A DNA stretch of 63,934 nt, filler included, from an uncultured Methanosarcinales archaeon (GTDB lineage: Archaea; Nanobdellota; Nanobdellia; Woesearchaeales; BS150m-G63): assembly GCA_964630685.1 (NCBI GenBank). It is 4 parts of 4 records of this genome, joined end to end, with 100 filler letters (N's around TTAATTAATTAA, not from the genome) between each part and the next. Parts side by side here need not be neighbours in the genome. Positions count along the whole stretch, not along the records: positions 8,986 to 37,534 come from CAZVVW010000011.1; 3 more parts are not named here. The stretch is one strand, 5' to 3'. The translations under genes were made by a program, and so were the position numbers. The notes beneath the pieces were generated by a model. It searched no databases. It was not told where the DNA came from and saw nothing but the letters and a program-made list of their open reading frames with translations. Below are positions 19,601 through 30,120 of this stretch, piece after piece; the stretch's first letter is position 1, and each line of letters starts with the position of its first letter.

Positions 19601-21140
19601 TCTGAGTGGGAATAATATTGAAACTTTTGGTAATGCTGGGGATGGTGTGTACATTGAAAATTCTAACAATAATATTGTTGAAGATAATATTATTATTACA
19701 AATGGACAGAATAGTTATGGGGTCTCTTTGGATAAAACTAGAAGTGAAGATTCCACTTATTCAAATGTTATTAAAGATAATAATATAACTACTAGATATT
19801 TGGGAGCAAATGGACTTAATATAAAGGGTACAATCGATTCAGAAGTAAATAACAATTTAATCAATGTTAGTGATGCTGATGCAATTTATATTGGTGGTAA
19901 TTCTAACAGCTCTTTTGAGAATAATGAAGTGGTTTTAGCGGGAAGAGATGGAATAAGATTAGAATCTGGAGTTTCTGAAAATAATAATTTCACAAACAAC
20001 TCTTTTAGTGGTGTTGGAGGATATGAATTAAATCTCGTTAGTGTAGGGAATGATAAAACTTATTTAATTGATCAGGTGATCGCTAATTATTCTATTGGTG
20101 GTGTTGGTTCTATTCTTTATTTCAAAGACAGTGAGTATGGGGAGATAAAGTATCTTGAAGCTATAAATGGTAGTGGAACTAATTTAAGTGCTGATGTTCG
20201 GATTAATGATAATCTAATAGAAGTTGATTCTGTAAGCAATCTTGGATTGAATCAAAGTGCTAATTTGAGTTTCTATGATGTTAGTGTGGGTGGAACTGCA
20301 AGAGCATTTAGGAATGGTGTTGCTTGTGCTGATGATGTTTGTGGAGAATTTGGTGGTGTGGGCGATGATTATTACTTTAATGTAACTGGGTTCACTAATT
20401 ATAGTGTTGGTAATAACACTGCTCCTGAAAGTGTTGAGCTAGTTTCCCCATCAAATGGAGATGATACTATACTAAATAGAACTGTTATTTTTGATTGGAA
20501 TGCTTCAAGTGATTTAGACGGAGATGATATCACTTATGATTTGAATCTAACTCACGCCATCTGTGCAGATGTTTATGAAACTGGAATAACAGATACTAAT
20601 CATAGTGAGTTGATAGATTGTGATGATGGACTTGACTCTGAATGGGAATGGAAAGTTAGGGCTTGTGATGAAAATGAATGTAATGATTGGAGTGATACTT
20701 GGAATTTCTCAATCATGTCTGTGAGTATTATTATTGTAAATGGAAGTGTAGACTTTGGAGTATTACAAACAGGTGATGAGGTGAATACTTCGGGTGATGG
20801 TTCTCCTTATCCTTTAACTGTAGAGAACAATGGAAATGTGAATGTAAATGTTAGTATTTATGCTCAAGATAGTTTATGGGATACTGAAGAATTGAATAGT
20901 AGTTTCTTCCAATTCAAAGCAGGAAATTCAAGCGAGGTTGGAGCTTTTGATTGGGATAATTCTGTGATTGACTGGAGTTATATGCAAAATCAGAGCAATA
21001 TGATTACTACTTTTGCTGTGTTGAATTATGCTGATGTGACTGATTTGGCAGAGCTGGATGTTTTGATTAGGGTCCCCCTAGAAGAATCATCTGGAAATAA
21101 AGGTTCAACAATTGTGTTTGAGGCGGTTTCAAATGAATAA
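16632..21140 (+). CDS. Giant surface glycoprotein with beta-helix repeats and Ig/FN3-like domains
   Basis: Signal peptide; repeated INITADDVVFDCDG/NVTVKNCNI modules; WEWKVRACD FN3-like strand; many sequons. Confidence 0.85.
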   Translation: MIKLNKKRNVKFFLIILALLILIGPLNVYSMESGNYSSPSAGVSSGVKSGSSNYGSNFGIVNLAGMAVSASYKIFEGLWNTFVSQGVSCNSEIDESTTLSYDITGCTNDYIINITADDVVFDCDGHTIQGKGSNGVYVTADNVTVKNCNISLNGTESDKAVYYFNSDNGIIENNTVYVERYIGIYIESSDGNTIFNNNATANSGKGGIKIYSGDDNLIYDNIFISLLYGISLRWTSEGNMFLNNNITATSSTLFYDYTSAGYTNTLIYNNSFGEVMWESEDLSISEAGTLNLGTNLDITNNNIFVNSTKFSGLNQSANLTFNNVIIAGSAYPFKEGIFCSDGECNNLEQVGNNYTYDVNGFSNYSVGDACNQNISSSTSLDYNITGCTNDYIINITADDVVFDCDGHTIQGKGSNGVYVTADNVTVKNCNISLNGTESDKAVYYFNSDNGIIENNTVYVERYIGIYIESSDGNTIFNNNATANSGKGGIKIYSGDDNLIYDNIFISLLYGISLRWTSEGNMFLNNNITTETSNLIYDPTGGSYTNTLIYNNSYGEVKWADKGDLGVTEAGTLYFGSGIDISENYIFVNSSMFNGLNQSANLSFYNITVGGTARAFRNGVACADSVCGGFSNVGNDYYFNVTGFTNYSVGNNTLSEAQNVSVVSSDALNRTNGTLTGSFDYYDGNGDVQSANETRWYNNSVEVSALANLTLVNSGNVSKGENWTFSARVHDGFEWSDWVGSNALTILNSEPVLESISLSENITTLTDINCTINIIDEDAEDTLYANYTWYKDGVANLTGQSQVVNGQFSVITLGYGATTNGDNWSCGVTPYDSEDYGDEKSGEEIIDSCGMIVNGNAELKPYENISCNGTAIIIGSNDVVFDCRGADITYGMTDEGYGIYNYGNPNVSIKNCNITEGDYSASGEHAIYFDGKDSELFGRDIYNNTLTTNSGNSYGVFLSNYYGGMNISENIIITNGLGGKGIVLSDSFLTNLSGNNIETFGNAGDGVYIENSNNNIVEDNIIITNGQNSYGVSLDKTRSEDSTYSNVIKDNNITTRYLGANGLNIKGTIDSEVNNNLINVSDADAIYIGGNSNSSFENNEVVLAGRDGIRLESGVSENNNFTNNSFSGVGGYELNLVSVGNDKTYLIDQVIANYSIGGVGSILYFKDSEYGEIKYLEAINGSGTNLSADVRINDNLIEVDSVSNLGLNQSANLSFYDVSVGGTARAFRNGVACADDVCGEFGGVGDDYYFNVTGFTNYSVGNNTAPESVELVSPSNGDDTILNRTVIFDWNASSDLDGDDITYDLNLTHAICADVYETGITDTNHSELIDCDDGLDSEWEWKVRACDENECNDWSDTWNFSIMSVSIIIVNGSVDFGVLQTGDEVNTSGDGSPYPLTVENNGNVNVNVSIYAQDSLWDTEELNSSFFQFKAGNSSEVGAFDWDNSVIDWSYMQNQSNMITTFAVLNYADVTDLAELDVLIRVPLEESSGNKGSTIVFEAVSNE
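16953..18215 (+). repeat. Apparently identical 420-bp intragenic direct repeat (16953-17372 and 17796-18215)
   Basis: Same nucleotide and protein sequence at 843-bp offset. Confidence 0.9.
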
Positions 21141-22338
21141 AAATAATATTGCAAAACTTGGAATGATTTTTGTAGTGTTAATCAGCTTGAGCTGTTTTGT
21201 TACTGCCTTGGGTGTAGGTCCAACTAAAAAAGTGGTTGATTTTGAGGCTGGTTTAGAGAAAGAAGTGAGTTTAAAAATAGTTAATAATGAACATAAAGAT
21301 TTCAAAGCAGTTGTTTATGTGAGGGGAGAGTTGGCTGAGTATCTGAGTGTTGAAAACAGTCTAATTACTGTAGGTGCTGAACAAGAATTTGTTGAATTTA
21401 AGTATGTTGTTGATTTGCCTGAAAAATTAGATAAGCCAGGGATACATGAAGCAGAAGTAGTTGTGATGGAATTTGAAGATGAGTTTGCTAGCGGAAAAGA
21501 AAATGTTGCTGTGAATGCCGTTGCTGCTGTTGTTTCTAAGTTACAGATTAGAGTGCCTTATCCTGGAAAATATGCAGAATCAAAAGTTTATGTCACTAGT
21601 GCTATGATTGGCGAAGAGGTGTTATTTACTATTCCTGTGTTCAACTTTGGAAAAGAAGAGATTGTTAATGCGAATGCTAAGGTTGAAATTTATGGTGCTA
21701 CTTATGAAAAGATAGGAGAATTTTACACTAATGATATCAGCTTAGATGTGAAAGGAGAAGGTAAGATTGTTGGTGCGTGGGCTGCTGATGTAAATCCTGG
21801 TGTTTATCATGCTGTTGTTGTGGTTGATTATGATGGCAAAAAAATACGGCTGGAAAAGAATTTTGAGGTTGGAAATCTTTATGTTGATATAGATGAAGTT
21901 AAAGTGGATAATTTTAATCTCGGCGAAGTCGCTAAGTTTGACATCTATATTGAAAACATGTGGAATGAGCTATTAAAAGAGGTTTATGGGGAAATGGTGG
22001 TATTTGGTAAGGACGGAACTGAATACACTAGATTTAAGACTGCAAGTATTGATCTCAGTGGATATGAAACTGGTGTGCTGGAAGCGTATTGGAGTACAAA
22101 AGGAATTCCTATCGGTGCTTACGACTTAGACTTAACTGTATTTTATGAAGATAAAACGACTCATAAGCTAATTGAGGCTAATGTAAATGTGGATTCAATA
22201 ACTACTGAGAGTATTAGTGGAGGAGTTGTTAGTGGAAAAGGGGAAATTAGTAGAGATACTGTGTTGATGTTGGTTGTGTTCATATTAGTGCTGATTAATA
22301 TCGGCTGGTTTGTGTATTTAAGGAAAAGGAAAATATAA
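21133..22338 (+). CDS. Membrane-anchored Ig-like domain protein
   Basis: Signal peptide (ALGVGP), beta-rich repeats, C-terminal TM + basic tail; start at ATG 21133. Confidence 0.75.
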   Translation: MNKNNIAKLGMIFVVLISLSCFVTALGVGPTKKVVDFEAGLEKEVSLKIVNNEHKDFKAVVYVRGELAEYLSVENSLITVGAEQEFVEFKYVVDLPEKLDKPGIHEAEVVVMEFEDEFASGKENVAVNAVAAVVSKLQIRVPYPGKYAESKVYVTSAMIGEEVLFTIPVFNFGKEEIVNANAKVEIYGATYEKIGEFYTNDISLDVKGEGKIVGAWAADVNPGVYHAVVVVDYDGKKIRLEKNFEVGNLYVDIDEVKVDNFNLGEVAKFDIYIENMWNELLKEVYGEMVVFGKDGTEYTRFKTASIDLSGYETGVLEAYWSTKGIPIGAYDLDLTVFYEDKTTHKLIEANVNVDSITTESISGGVVSGKGEISRDTVLMLVVFILVLINIGWFVYLRKRKI

Positions 22339-22396
22339 AAACAAAAATTATTTAAATGTAATTGAAGTATTTAAAATAAAAGAGGTTGATTAAACA

Positions 22397-25010
22397 ATGA
22401 AAAAAACCATCACATTCTTACTCGTTGTGTTATTATTAGTTTCTCCCGCTGCTTATGCTTTTAGTTTTTCTGATATTGGTAATTTTTTTGAAAATTTATT
22501 TGGTCCTGCCGATATAACTGGTATGGCTAAAGGAAAAGGAGGGGCACCCCCAAATCCTTGTGGTGATGGAACATGTAATGCTAAAGGAGGAGAAAATTGT
22601 GCTACTTGTGCAAAAGATTGTGCATGTGATTCTGGGTATAGTTGTAATAAAGGCAGTTGTGTAGCCGACCCTGTTTGTGGAGATGGAACAAAAGATGAGG
22701 GTGAAGAATGTGATGATGCTGATTTAAATAGTCAAACGTGTGTAACTCAAGGTTTTGATGGGGGTAATTTAGCGTGTGATGTTAGTTGTGGGTTTGATAC
22801 ATCTAGCTGTTATAGTTGTGGTGATGGAACAGTAAATGGGGATGAAGTTTGTGAGGTTGGTGATACTCAATCCTGTACTTCTAGTGGTTATGTTGGTTCT
22901 CAATCCTGTTTAAGTGATTGTAGTGGTTGGGATGCTTGTGTTCCTACTGAAAGTTGTGGTGATGGCATTGTTCAAGCCCTTGCTGGAGAAGAATGTGATG
23001 GGAAAAACTTAGATGGAAGAACTTGTAAAGGATTTGGATATGATAAGGGAAGTTTAGATTGCACTAATAAATGTAAATTAGATAAATCTGGGTGTAGTAA
23101 TTATCAATGTGGAGATAAAAAGGTAGAAGGTAATGAAGAGTGTGATGATGGTAATTCTGATAATACTGATGCTTGTTTGAATGACTGTACTGATGCTGTG
23201 TGTGGTGATAGTAATGTTTGGAAAGGGGTTGAAAATTGTGATGATGGTAATTCTGATAATACTGATGCTTGTTTGAATGACTGTACTGATGNNNNNNNNN
23301 NNNNNNNNNNNNNNNNNNNNNNNNNNNNNNNNNNNNNNNNNNNNNNNNNNNNNNNNNNNNNNNNNNNNNNNNNNNNNNNNNNNNNNNNNNNATTCTGATA
23401 ATACTGATGCTTGTTTGAATGACTGTACTGATGCTGTGTGTGGTGACGGGTTCATATATGTGGGTGTTGAAAATTGTGAAAATTGTATTTCTGATGTTGG
23501 ACGTTGTAATGATTATGATACTCTTCCAACTATATCTATTAAAGGTGGAGGAGATATTAGTTTTGGTACTAATAATATCCTCATTACAATCTCTGATGAT
23601 ACTGGATGTAGTGTTGCTTTTTCAAGATTAGATGAATTAATTGCAAGAAGAGGTAAAACTATTGAACAAAATGTTAATTTAATTGAAAAAATGATTTCTT
23701 GTGAAAGTGCTAATAATTGGATTGCCGGATATGTTAGGGAGCTTCCTGCTGGAACTTATAATCTAGTAGTTACTGCAATAAATAATGTAGGTGCAAGTGG
23801 AGCAAGTGTTAGTTTTACTATTACTGCTAGCCCCATAACAATAACTTCTCCTGAATCTGAGATTATTTATACAGATATAATTACACCTCAGGCAACAGTA
23901 AGTGTAACTGATGGTAGTAGTTGTAGTTACTATGTAAATGATTGTACTCAAAATTTTAATTGTGATGATGGGCTAAATGAAGAAGATTTATTAGTTGCGT
24001 TGGGGGAGGATTGCTTTAATGATAAAGAGAATAAATTCAGCGTTACTACAACAATAGGTAAAGAATCTAAAATTGCAGGGGTTTATTTTTCATATATGAA
24101 AACTCAAAAAGAATATGAAAGATTAGTTAAAAGAGCTAGTGGTATGAGGATGTCTCTTGAGACAGAAGATATTCTTCTTTATCCTACTGTTGGAGGTAGT
24201 GATGGAAAAAGAGTTAATCTTAGTGAAGGATCTGCTAAAGCTTTATTGGCTATGAATATGGCAAAAGGAGTGGTACCTGAAGATTCATATAATAAAATTA
24301 TAGAAATTTTGGCTAATAAGGACGAAATAAAACAAGTTCTTGCAGGAATAGATTCTGCTGGATGGGGTGATGGCGCTATATTAGGTGTTGCCCCTGCTGC
24401 TCAAATATCGGGCGAAAATACAAAAGAATTTAAGGCATTTGTTTCTCATACTCAGGGAAGTACTAATACTTATGAGATGTTGGAAGAAGTCCATAACTTA
24501 GAAGTAAAATATACAAACAATATGCAGCAAGTTGGAACTAACTTAGCTATTGTAACTTTCCATAGTGACCCTATAACTATTGAATTGGAAGATGGGGAGT
24601 GTATGGCTGTAGATCTTAATAATGATACTTTTGAAGATGTTATTGCATGTTATAATTCTGAAGACGGTGTTACTGTAAATAATATTGTGTTGATTGATGA
24701 AAATATGGAGCCTGCAATAGATGAAAGCACAACAGTTATTTCTCCTGTTACTTACACAACCGAAAATACTTATGTTACAACAGTGGATTCAAAGAAATTG
24801 GAAAAGGAATTTTTGAACAAATTATCAACTGGTGAATATTCTGTACCTTTAGAGGGATTAGATATTAAAGGGATAGAAAAAATGATAATAAAAAAATATT
24901 CTCCTTTCTTGGTTGTGATTACATTGTTTTTGGTTTATGTGGTTAGTGTTATTTCTTTTTCAGGAAGAGTTAAACCCCTAAAGAAGAAAACGCGAAAACG
25001 AAAAAAATGA
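22397..25010 (+). CDS. Cysteine-rich repeat (DUF4215/Myxococcus-type CGDG...EECDDGN) surface protein spanning an N gap
   Basis: Signal peptide, CGDG/ECDDGN repeats on both sides of gap 23292-23391, C-terminal TM; the two track ORFs are probably one gene. Confidence 0.75.
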
Positions 25011-25071
25011 TTTTTTCTTTTTCTTATTTTTTATCAAAAGTTTTATATAAATTAAGTGTGGATATAAGATT

Positions 25072-26550
25072 ATGATTAAAAAAAGGGTTGATTGGAGCAG
25101 AATTGTTGTTAGTTTTGTGATATTATTTGTTATTTCTCTTATTTTGGTTAACTATAAAGGTGGAATGCTAGATGAAACTATTAGTGGAGAAGTGATTGGA
25201 AATATCAGTGTGTGCATTAATACTCCACCAACAATTGAGCTAAGTGGTTGTGGTGCTGAGGTAAATGTGGGGGAAGAATATTCTTGTGATATTAGTTCTG
25301 ATGATGATGGTGGAGATAATTTAATTTTTTCTGATAATACTGAATTGTTTGATATTAATGAAAGCACTGGTGAGATTAATTTTACTGCTGGAAGTGGAGA
25401 TGTTGGAAATCATAATATCAATATTTCTGTTTATGATGATAGTGGATGTTCAAATAATTTCAGCAGTGATATATTGAGTTTGAGTGTGGTTGGAGAAGAG
25501 GAAGAGCCAGTTACTCCAAGTGGTGGTGGGGGTGGAAGAGCTATTGTGCTTCCTGGGTTTTCACTTGATCAGGATTCTTTGAAAGTGTTGCTGAAAGTTG
25601 ATGGTACTGTTGAAAAAAGCGTTAAAATAACTAACACTGGAGATATGGGATTGGATATTTCTATAAGTTTTAGTGGGTTAGATGGATTTGTGGAAGTTTC
25701 TGAAAAGGAATTTAATCTGGATGTTGACGAGTCTAAGAGTGTTGTTTTTTACTTTAATGCTTTTAGTAGTGTATCTGGAGTTTATAGTGGAGAAATATTA
25801 TTTACTAGTGATTCTTTGGAAACGAGTCTTCCTGTGATGGTAGAGGTTGAAGAAAGAGGAATTTTGTTAGATTTACGTTTGGATATTCCTGAAGAAAGGA
25901 GACAGCTGAAGAAAGGAGAATATGTTTCTGCAAAAATTGCTTTATTTAATCTTGGGGGAATTGATGCAATAGATGTGTCTGTTAAGTATCTTGTTAAGAA
26001 TATTGATGGAGAAGAATTAATCAGTGAAGAAGAAACTATAGGGATAACTGAGGGGACTTCTTTTATTAAAAAGATAGATTTGCCAGAAGATATTGATTAT
26101 GGGGATTATGTTTTTTATGCTGAAGCTAATTATGAAAATAATAAAGCTGTGAGTGGGAGCTTGTTTGAGGTTGTTAGAGTTAAACATATAGAGAAACCTG
26201 CTGTTGTTCAGAGTGAAATGGTTGCTGAACAAGTGTTTGGAATGGTAAAAAGTGTGTATGCCAGACCTATAATCAGCCTGCTGGTGATTATTATAATCTT
26301 ACTTGTTGGTTTGATGGGTTATCAATATCTAGTGTTGAAGAATCTTCCTCAATCTCAACATAAAAAACTCAGAGAGATATATATTGGGTTGAAACGAAGT
26401 GCTAAAAGCAGAAGTGAAAAAGAATTATATAAAAAGAAACTAGAAAAACAACTAAAATTGGTTGAAACTGCCCATAGATTAAAGTATATTAGTGATAAAG
26501 CGTATAAGAAGAGCAAAAGAGATGTTGAAAAGGTGCTTCGAGAACTATAA
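25072..26550 (+). CDS. Membrane-anchored Ig/cadherin-like surface protein
   Basis: NTPP...LFDINxxTGEINFT cadherin-like motif, Gly linker, C-terminal TM and basic tail. Confidence 0.75.
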   Translation: MIKKRVDWSRIVVSFVILFVISLILVNYKGGMLDETISGEVIGNISVCINTPPTIELSGCGAEVNVGEEYSCDISSDDDGGDNLIFSDNTELFDINESTGEINFTAGSGDVGNHNINISVYDDSGCSNNFSSDILSLSVVGEEEEPVTPSGGGGGRAIVLPGFSLDQDSLKVLLKVDGTVEKSVKITNTGDMGLDISISFSGLDGFVEVSEKEFNLDVDESKSVVFYFNAFSSVSGVYSGEILFTSDSLETSLPVMVEVEERGILLDLRLDIPEERRQLKKGEYVSAKIALFNLGGIDAIDVSVKYLVKNIDGEELISEEETIGITEGTSFIKKIDLPEDIDYGDYVFYAEANYENNKAVSGSLFEVVRVKHIEKPAVVQSEMVAEQVFGMVKSVYARPIISLLVIIIILLVGLMGYQYLVLKNLPQSQHKKLREIYIGLKRSAKSRSEKELYKKKLEKQLKLVETAHRLKYISDKAYKKSKRDVEKVLREL

Positions 26551-26624
26551 AAAAAGAAAGATTAATAAATAAATGAGTTATAGAGAATAATATTATTATT
26601 ATAATTATAAAAGGTGATTGATTC

Positions 26625-26930
26625 ATGGCAAAAGAAAAAAAAGAGCACATAATACTCAAATCAGCTATTACTGATTTAGAAAAAGAACTTTCTAATTTAA
26701 GAAAACAAAAAAAGACAATAGACACAAGAATGAATAATCTTGGCGAAGATATTGTTGACACTCAATCAGAAGAAGAAAAATTGAGAAATCAAATATCTAA
26801 ATTAGTTGCTAAAGAAGGTACTCTTGAGAGAAAAAGGAATAGGTTAAAGGAAAAATTAACTGATACTACTGGAAAAATCTCAAAAGTCAGGTCTATTAAA
26901 GAGCAACTGACCGATGTTGAAGAAAATTAA
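26625..26930 (+). CDS. Coiled-coil hypothetical protein
   Basis: Heptad-rich 101 aa; GGTGA RBS. Confidence 0.7.
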   Translation: MAKEKKEHIILKSAITDLEKELSNLRKQKKTIDTRMNNLGEDIVDTQSEEEKLRNQISKLVAKEGTLERKRNRLKEKLTDTTGKISKVRSIKEQLTDVEEN

Positions 26931-26938
26931 TTCTTAGG

Positions 26939-27301
26939 ATGAAAACTCGTCTTAGTGCAATAATTTTAGTAATCTTTTGTACTATTTTTACTGCTACTGG
27001 ACAAATATTATGGAAATTAGGAGTAAAAAATCTTGAGCTTAGTTTTTTAGGATTAATAACTAATTATCCACTTATTCTGGGTTTTGTTTCTTATGGAGTT
27101 GGTACTGTGTTATTGGTCGTTGCATTGAAATATGGAGAATTATCTGTGTTGTACCCATTTATTGCACTCAGTTTTATTTGGGTAGGGTTTATGTCTGTTG
27201 CTTTTTTAGGGGAAGTTATGACTTTTTTTAAATGGATGGCAATCTTATTGATTATTGGAGGGGTTTCCCTTATAAGTTTTAAGAGTGATAAACATGGTTG
27301 A
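26939..27301 (+). CDS. EamA/SMR-like 4-TM transporter subunit (ArnE/ArnF-like)
   Basis: GQILWKLG, ALKYGELSVLYP, FLGE motifs. Confidence 0.8.
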   Translation: MKTRLSAIILVIFCTIFTATGQILWKLGVKNLELSFLGLITNYPLILGFVSYGVGTVLLVVALKYGELSVLYPFIALSFIWVGFMSVAFLGEVMTFFKWMAILLIIGGVSLISFKSDKHG

Positions 27302-27632
27302 GTTTTGGTTAATTGGATTAGTGTTATTTGCAACAATGATTGGGGCAGTTGGATCGCTTTATTTTAAGAAGGCGGCTAAAAAAATTAAGTTTAGCTTTAA
27401 GGGGGTATTTAATTTTGAGCTAATTTTTGGGGTGTTTCTTTATTTTTTATCTACTTTATTGTTTATTACTGCTCTAAGAAAAGGAGATGTTAATGTGCTT
27501 TATCCAATAACTTCTTGTAGTTACATCTGGGTATCTTTTTTATCTATCAAGTTTTTAGGCGAAAGAATGAATAATTTTAAATGGGGTGGAATAGCACTAA
27601 TTATTTTAGGTGTGGTCGCTATTACTCTTTAG
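27294..27632 (+). CDS. EamA/SMR-like 4-TM transporter subunit, paralogous partner
   Basis: ALRKGDVNVLYPI..SYIWV..FLGE. Confidence 0.8.
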   Translation: MVEFWLIGLVLFATMIGAVGSLYFKKAAKKIKFSFKGVFNFELIFGVFLYFLSTLLFITALRKGDVNVLYPITSCSYIWVSFLSIKFLGERMNNFKWGGIALIILGVVAITL

Positions 27633-28035
27633 AATTAATTGATTTTTTGTATGATTCTCTTGTTTCTGATTTCCAAATAAGAAAAGAATTTCCAAAACCG
27701 GTTATTGTAATATCTGCTGGAAGGGATTCATAACCAAGGTGAGCTAATGAATTTTTGGGTAATCTCATTCTTCCTTGTGCGTCTAATTTTGTGGTATCTG
27801 AGCTAAAAAAATCTATTTCTTCATCGATTGAATTAAATTTTAGATTCATTATATCTTCAAGATTTGCTGGTTGACATTTAATGTAATTGTGTGCCCTATC
27901 TGATTTTTCATATAGAATTATATCCTTATTATCTACCTTATTTATTAATTCTCGGTAATCTTTATGAAGGTATAATCTAGCTTTTTCGTCTATATGCCTT
28001 TCATATGTTCCCCAAAAAAGATTTTTATCTGACAT
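27622..28035 (-). CDS. mraZ: MraZ-like transcriptional regulator (two SpoVT/AbrB repeats)
   Basis: FWGTYERHIDEKARL and LDAQGRMRLP...ITGFGNSFLIW match both DxxxR repeats of MraZ. Confidence 0.7.
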   Translation of the reverse strand: MSDKNLFWGTYERHIDEKARLYLHKDYRELINKVDNKDIILYEKSDRAHNYIKCQPANLEDIMNLKFNSIDEEIDFFSSDTTKLDAQGRMRLPKNSLAHLGYESLPADITITGFGNSFLIWKSETRESYKKSINSKE

Positions 28036-28063
28036 TTTAATATTAGATTTAATTTTAATTTAA

Positions 28064-29986
28064 TTAGATTCTTTGTCTAATAAGAAAATCGTTGTAGTCT
28101 CTTTGATTCATCATTCCTGCTGTGTGGGCTGCTTTATTACTTGCATAAACACCAGAACCCTTTGCATTTGATTGTTTTACCCTCCATCTTCCATCTCTTC
28201 CTTGTTTGTAAGCATGTTCTCCAAAAGTGGACCATTCTGTTTGCAATGGTTTATTGGACTCAGATGTTGAGCTGTCTTTAGGTGTTGGTGTTGTTTTAGA
28301 TGAATCTTGTTTAGAATTGTACATTTGGATTCTTCCTTCTATTGAATCTCTTTGGTCTCTTTTATCAAGAAGATAATTTTGTTGTAATTTTAATTCTTTT
28401 CTCATTACATTTCTTTGTTTTTTTAATTGTTTATATTCTCTTATCTCTTGTTTTTTCTTTTTTAATTCATCTTTATCATCTTTTATAGGCCTTAACTCCT
28501 CTTTTAATTCTTTATATCTAACTGTTAAAGAATCATAAGTGGATTTTATTGTTTTGTACTGAGGTAATAAAGAATCTATCTGGGTGTTGTAAATATCAAC
28601 TTGATTTTGAAAATAAGGTAGACTATCTGTGATTGTTTCTTCTAAATTTATGTCTGTAGAATCTATTTTGACTGATTTATTTTGTTTGTTGGGTAATTCT
28701 ATTGGAAATTTAGGGTAATCAATTAATATATCAAAACAATAATCAATTATTCTTGAACCAAAGTTTAATTCGTTTTCTAAATTTTTTCTTGATTCTTTTT
28801 TTGGTAAGTCTAAAAGTAAATCAGTTTCACCTATATCATAAGTGGATTTAAGAGTGTTGAGAGTTTTATCCATTAAATCCCTCATAAAATCTTCTGTTGC
28901 TAAAATTGTTGAGTCTACTGTAGAATTTTGATAATCTTTTTTGTTTAATTTATTGTATAATTTATCTACTTTGTAAAGATTTTTTACAAACTTTAATCTA
29001 TCTGTAGAATCAAAAAGCCCTTCATCTATTTTACAAGATAGTGCAGTTAAAGAATCATTTAGTTCTTCTGTTTGTGATAAGTATTCTGGAACTATTTTTT
29101 GAATTTCTTGTGTGCTTGTGTTTAGTGTGTCTTCTGTTGTTGATTTTAATGTGTCTTGTGAAACTGAGGTTGTATCTGGTTGTGAAATTGTTGTGTCTTG
29201 TTTGATTGGCTCTATTTTTTTAAGTGTGCTGTACTCTTTTGTTTTTGTATAACCAACAATAAACTCATTTCCAGGGAAAATTAAGTCTGGGTACAATCCA
29301 TCTTTGCAATTTAAGGTGTATTTTTGGTCTTTCATGCAACCAATATCTGTATTTTTATTGATGTTATTCCATTCAGATATATTAATCACTCTTTCAGAAA
29401 TTTGATTGTTTGAAGGGGTTTGGATTCCTTCTTTAATTAATTGACCTTTTGCAACTTTCCATGCAGTATCTCCACCCCCAATGGTGTATTTTACTGGATT
29501 TATCACTTCTTTGACTTGTAATGTAGTGTCTGTGAAACCTAATGCTATGTTTAAAGATTGATTGTTTTCTTCTTCAGCAAGAATATTATTAAGGTGATTT
29601 TTTATATCTACTTTTGTTGTGTCTTGTTCTTCTGCTAAAAGTGGTTGAGTGATTTTTTGATAATTAGTGTCTTTGAGACTTAATTTATCTGTTAATATTG
29701 CTATATCTTCTTTTATTTCTTTTTTTGTTTCGTTAGAAATATAATTTGAATTTAAAAGTTTTTTATTAGTTTCTAGATAAAGATTATCTAAATATATAGA
29801 ATGATTATTCAAATTTATCTTCATTTCTTCTATTTGTGTTGTTAGAGAATCTGAAAATTGGGTGTTTTTATTATTAGAAACCTCTTTAGAGGAACCGCAA
29901 CTGTATAAAGTTAAACCTGCTGTTGCAGTTAGTAAAACATTTCTTAATTTTTTGTGTTTTGACAAAAATTTACTTAATCGATTCAT
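28064..29986 (-). CDS. Putative lipoprotein with LysM-like domain and coiled coil
   Basis: Basic N-region + LTLYSC lipobox-like site; YTIGGGDTAWKVA...DLIFPG LysM-like pattern. Confidence 0.6.
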   Translation of the reverse strand: MNRLSKFLSKHKKLRNVLLTATAGLTLYSCGSSKEVSNNKNTQFSDSLTTQIEEMKINLNNHSIYLDNLYLETNKKLLNSNYISNETKKEIKEDIAILTDKLSLKDTNYQKITQPLLAEEQDTTKVDIKNHLNNILAEEENNQSLNIALGFTDTTLQVKEVINPVKYTIGGGDTAWKVAKGQLIKEGIQTPSNNQISERVINISEWNNINKNTDIGCMKDQKYTLNCKDGLYPDLIFPGNEFIVGYTKTKEYSTLKKIEPIKQDTTISQPDTTSVSQDTLKSTTEDTLNTSTQEIQKIVPEYLSQTEELNDSLTALSCKIDEGLFDSTDRLKFVKNLYKVDKLYNKLNKKDYQNSTVDSTILATEDFMRDLMDKTLNTLKSTYDIGETDLLLDLPKKESRKNLENELNFGSRIIDYCFDILIDYPKFPIELPNKQNKSVKIDSTDINLEETITDSLPYFQNQVDIYNTQIDSLLPQYKTIKSTYDSLTVRYKELKEELRPIKDDKDELKKKKQEIREYKQLKKQRNVMRKELKLQQNYLLDKRDQRDSIEGRIQMYNSKQDSSKTTPTPKDSSTSESNKPLQTEWSTFGEHAYKQGRDGRWRVKQSNAKGSGVYASNKAAHTAGMMNQRDYNDFLIRQRI

Positions 29987-30120
29987 TTTATTTATTATTG
30001 AGTCATCTCCAAGATAGTGGGTATATAAAGTTTTCTATTTTTTAGGATTATCTAGTAGTGACAATTGAGGGGTTTTGATATATGAAAGATTTTATAAATA
30101 AAGGGGGTTTTATTTTTTCA

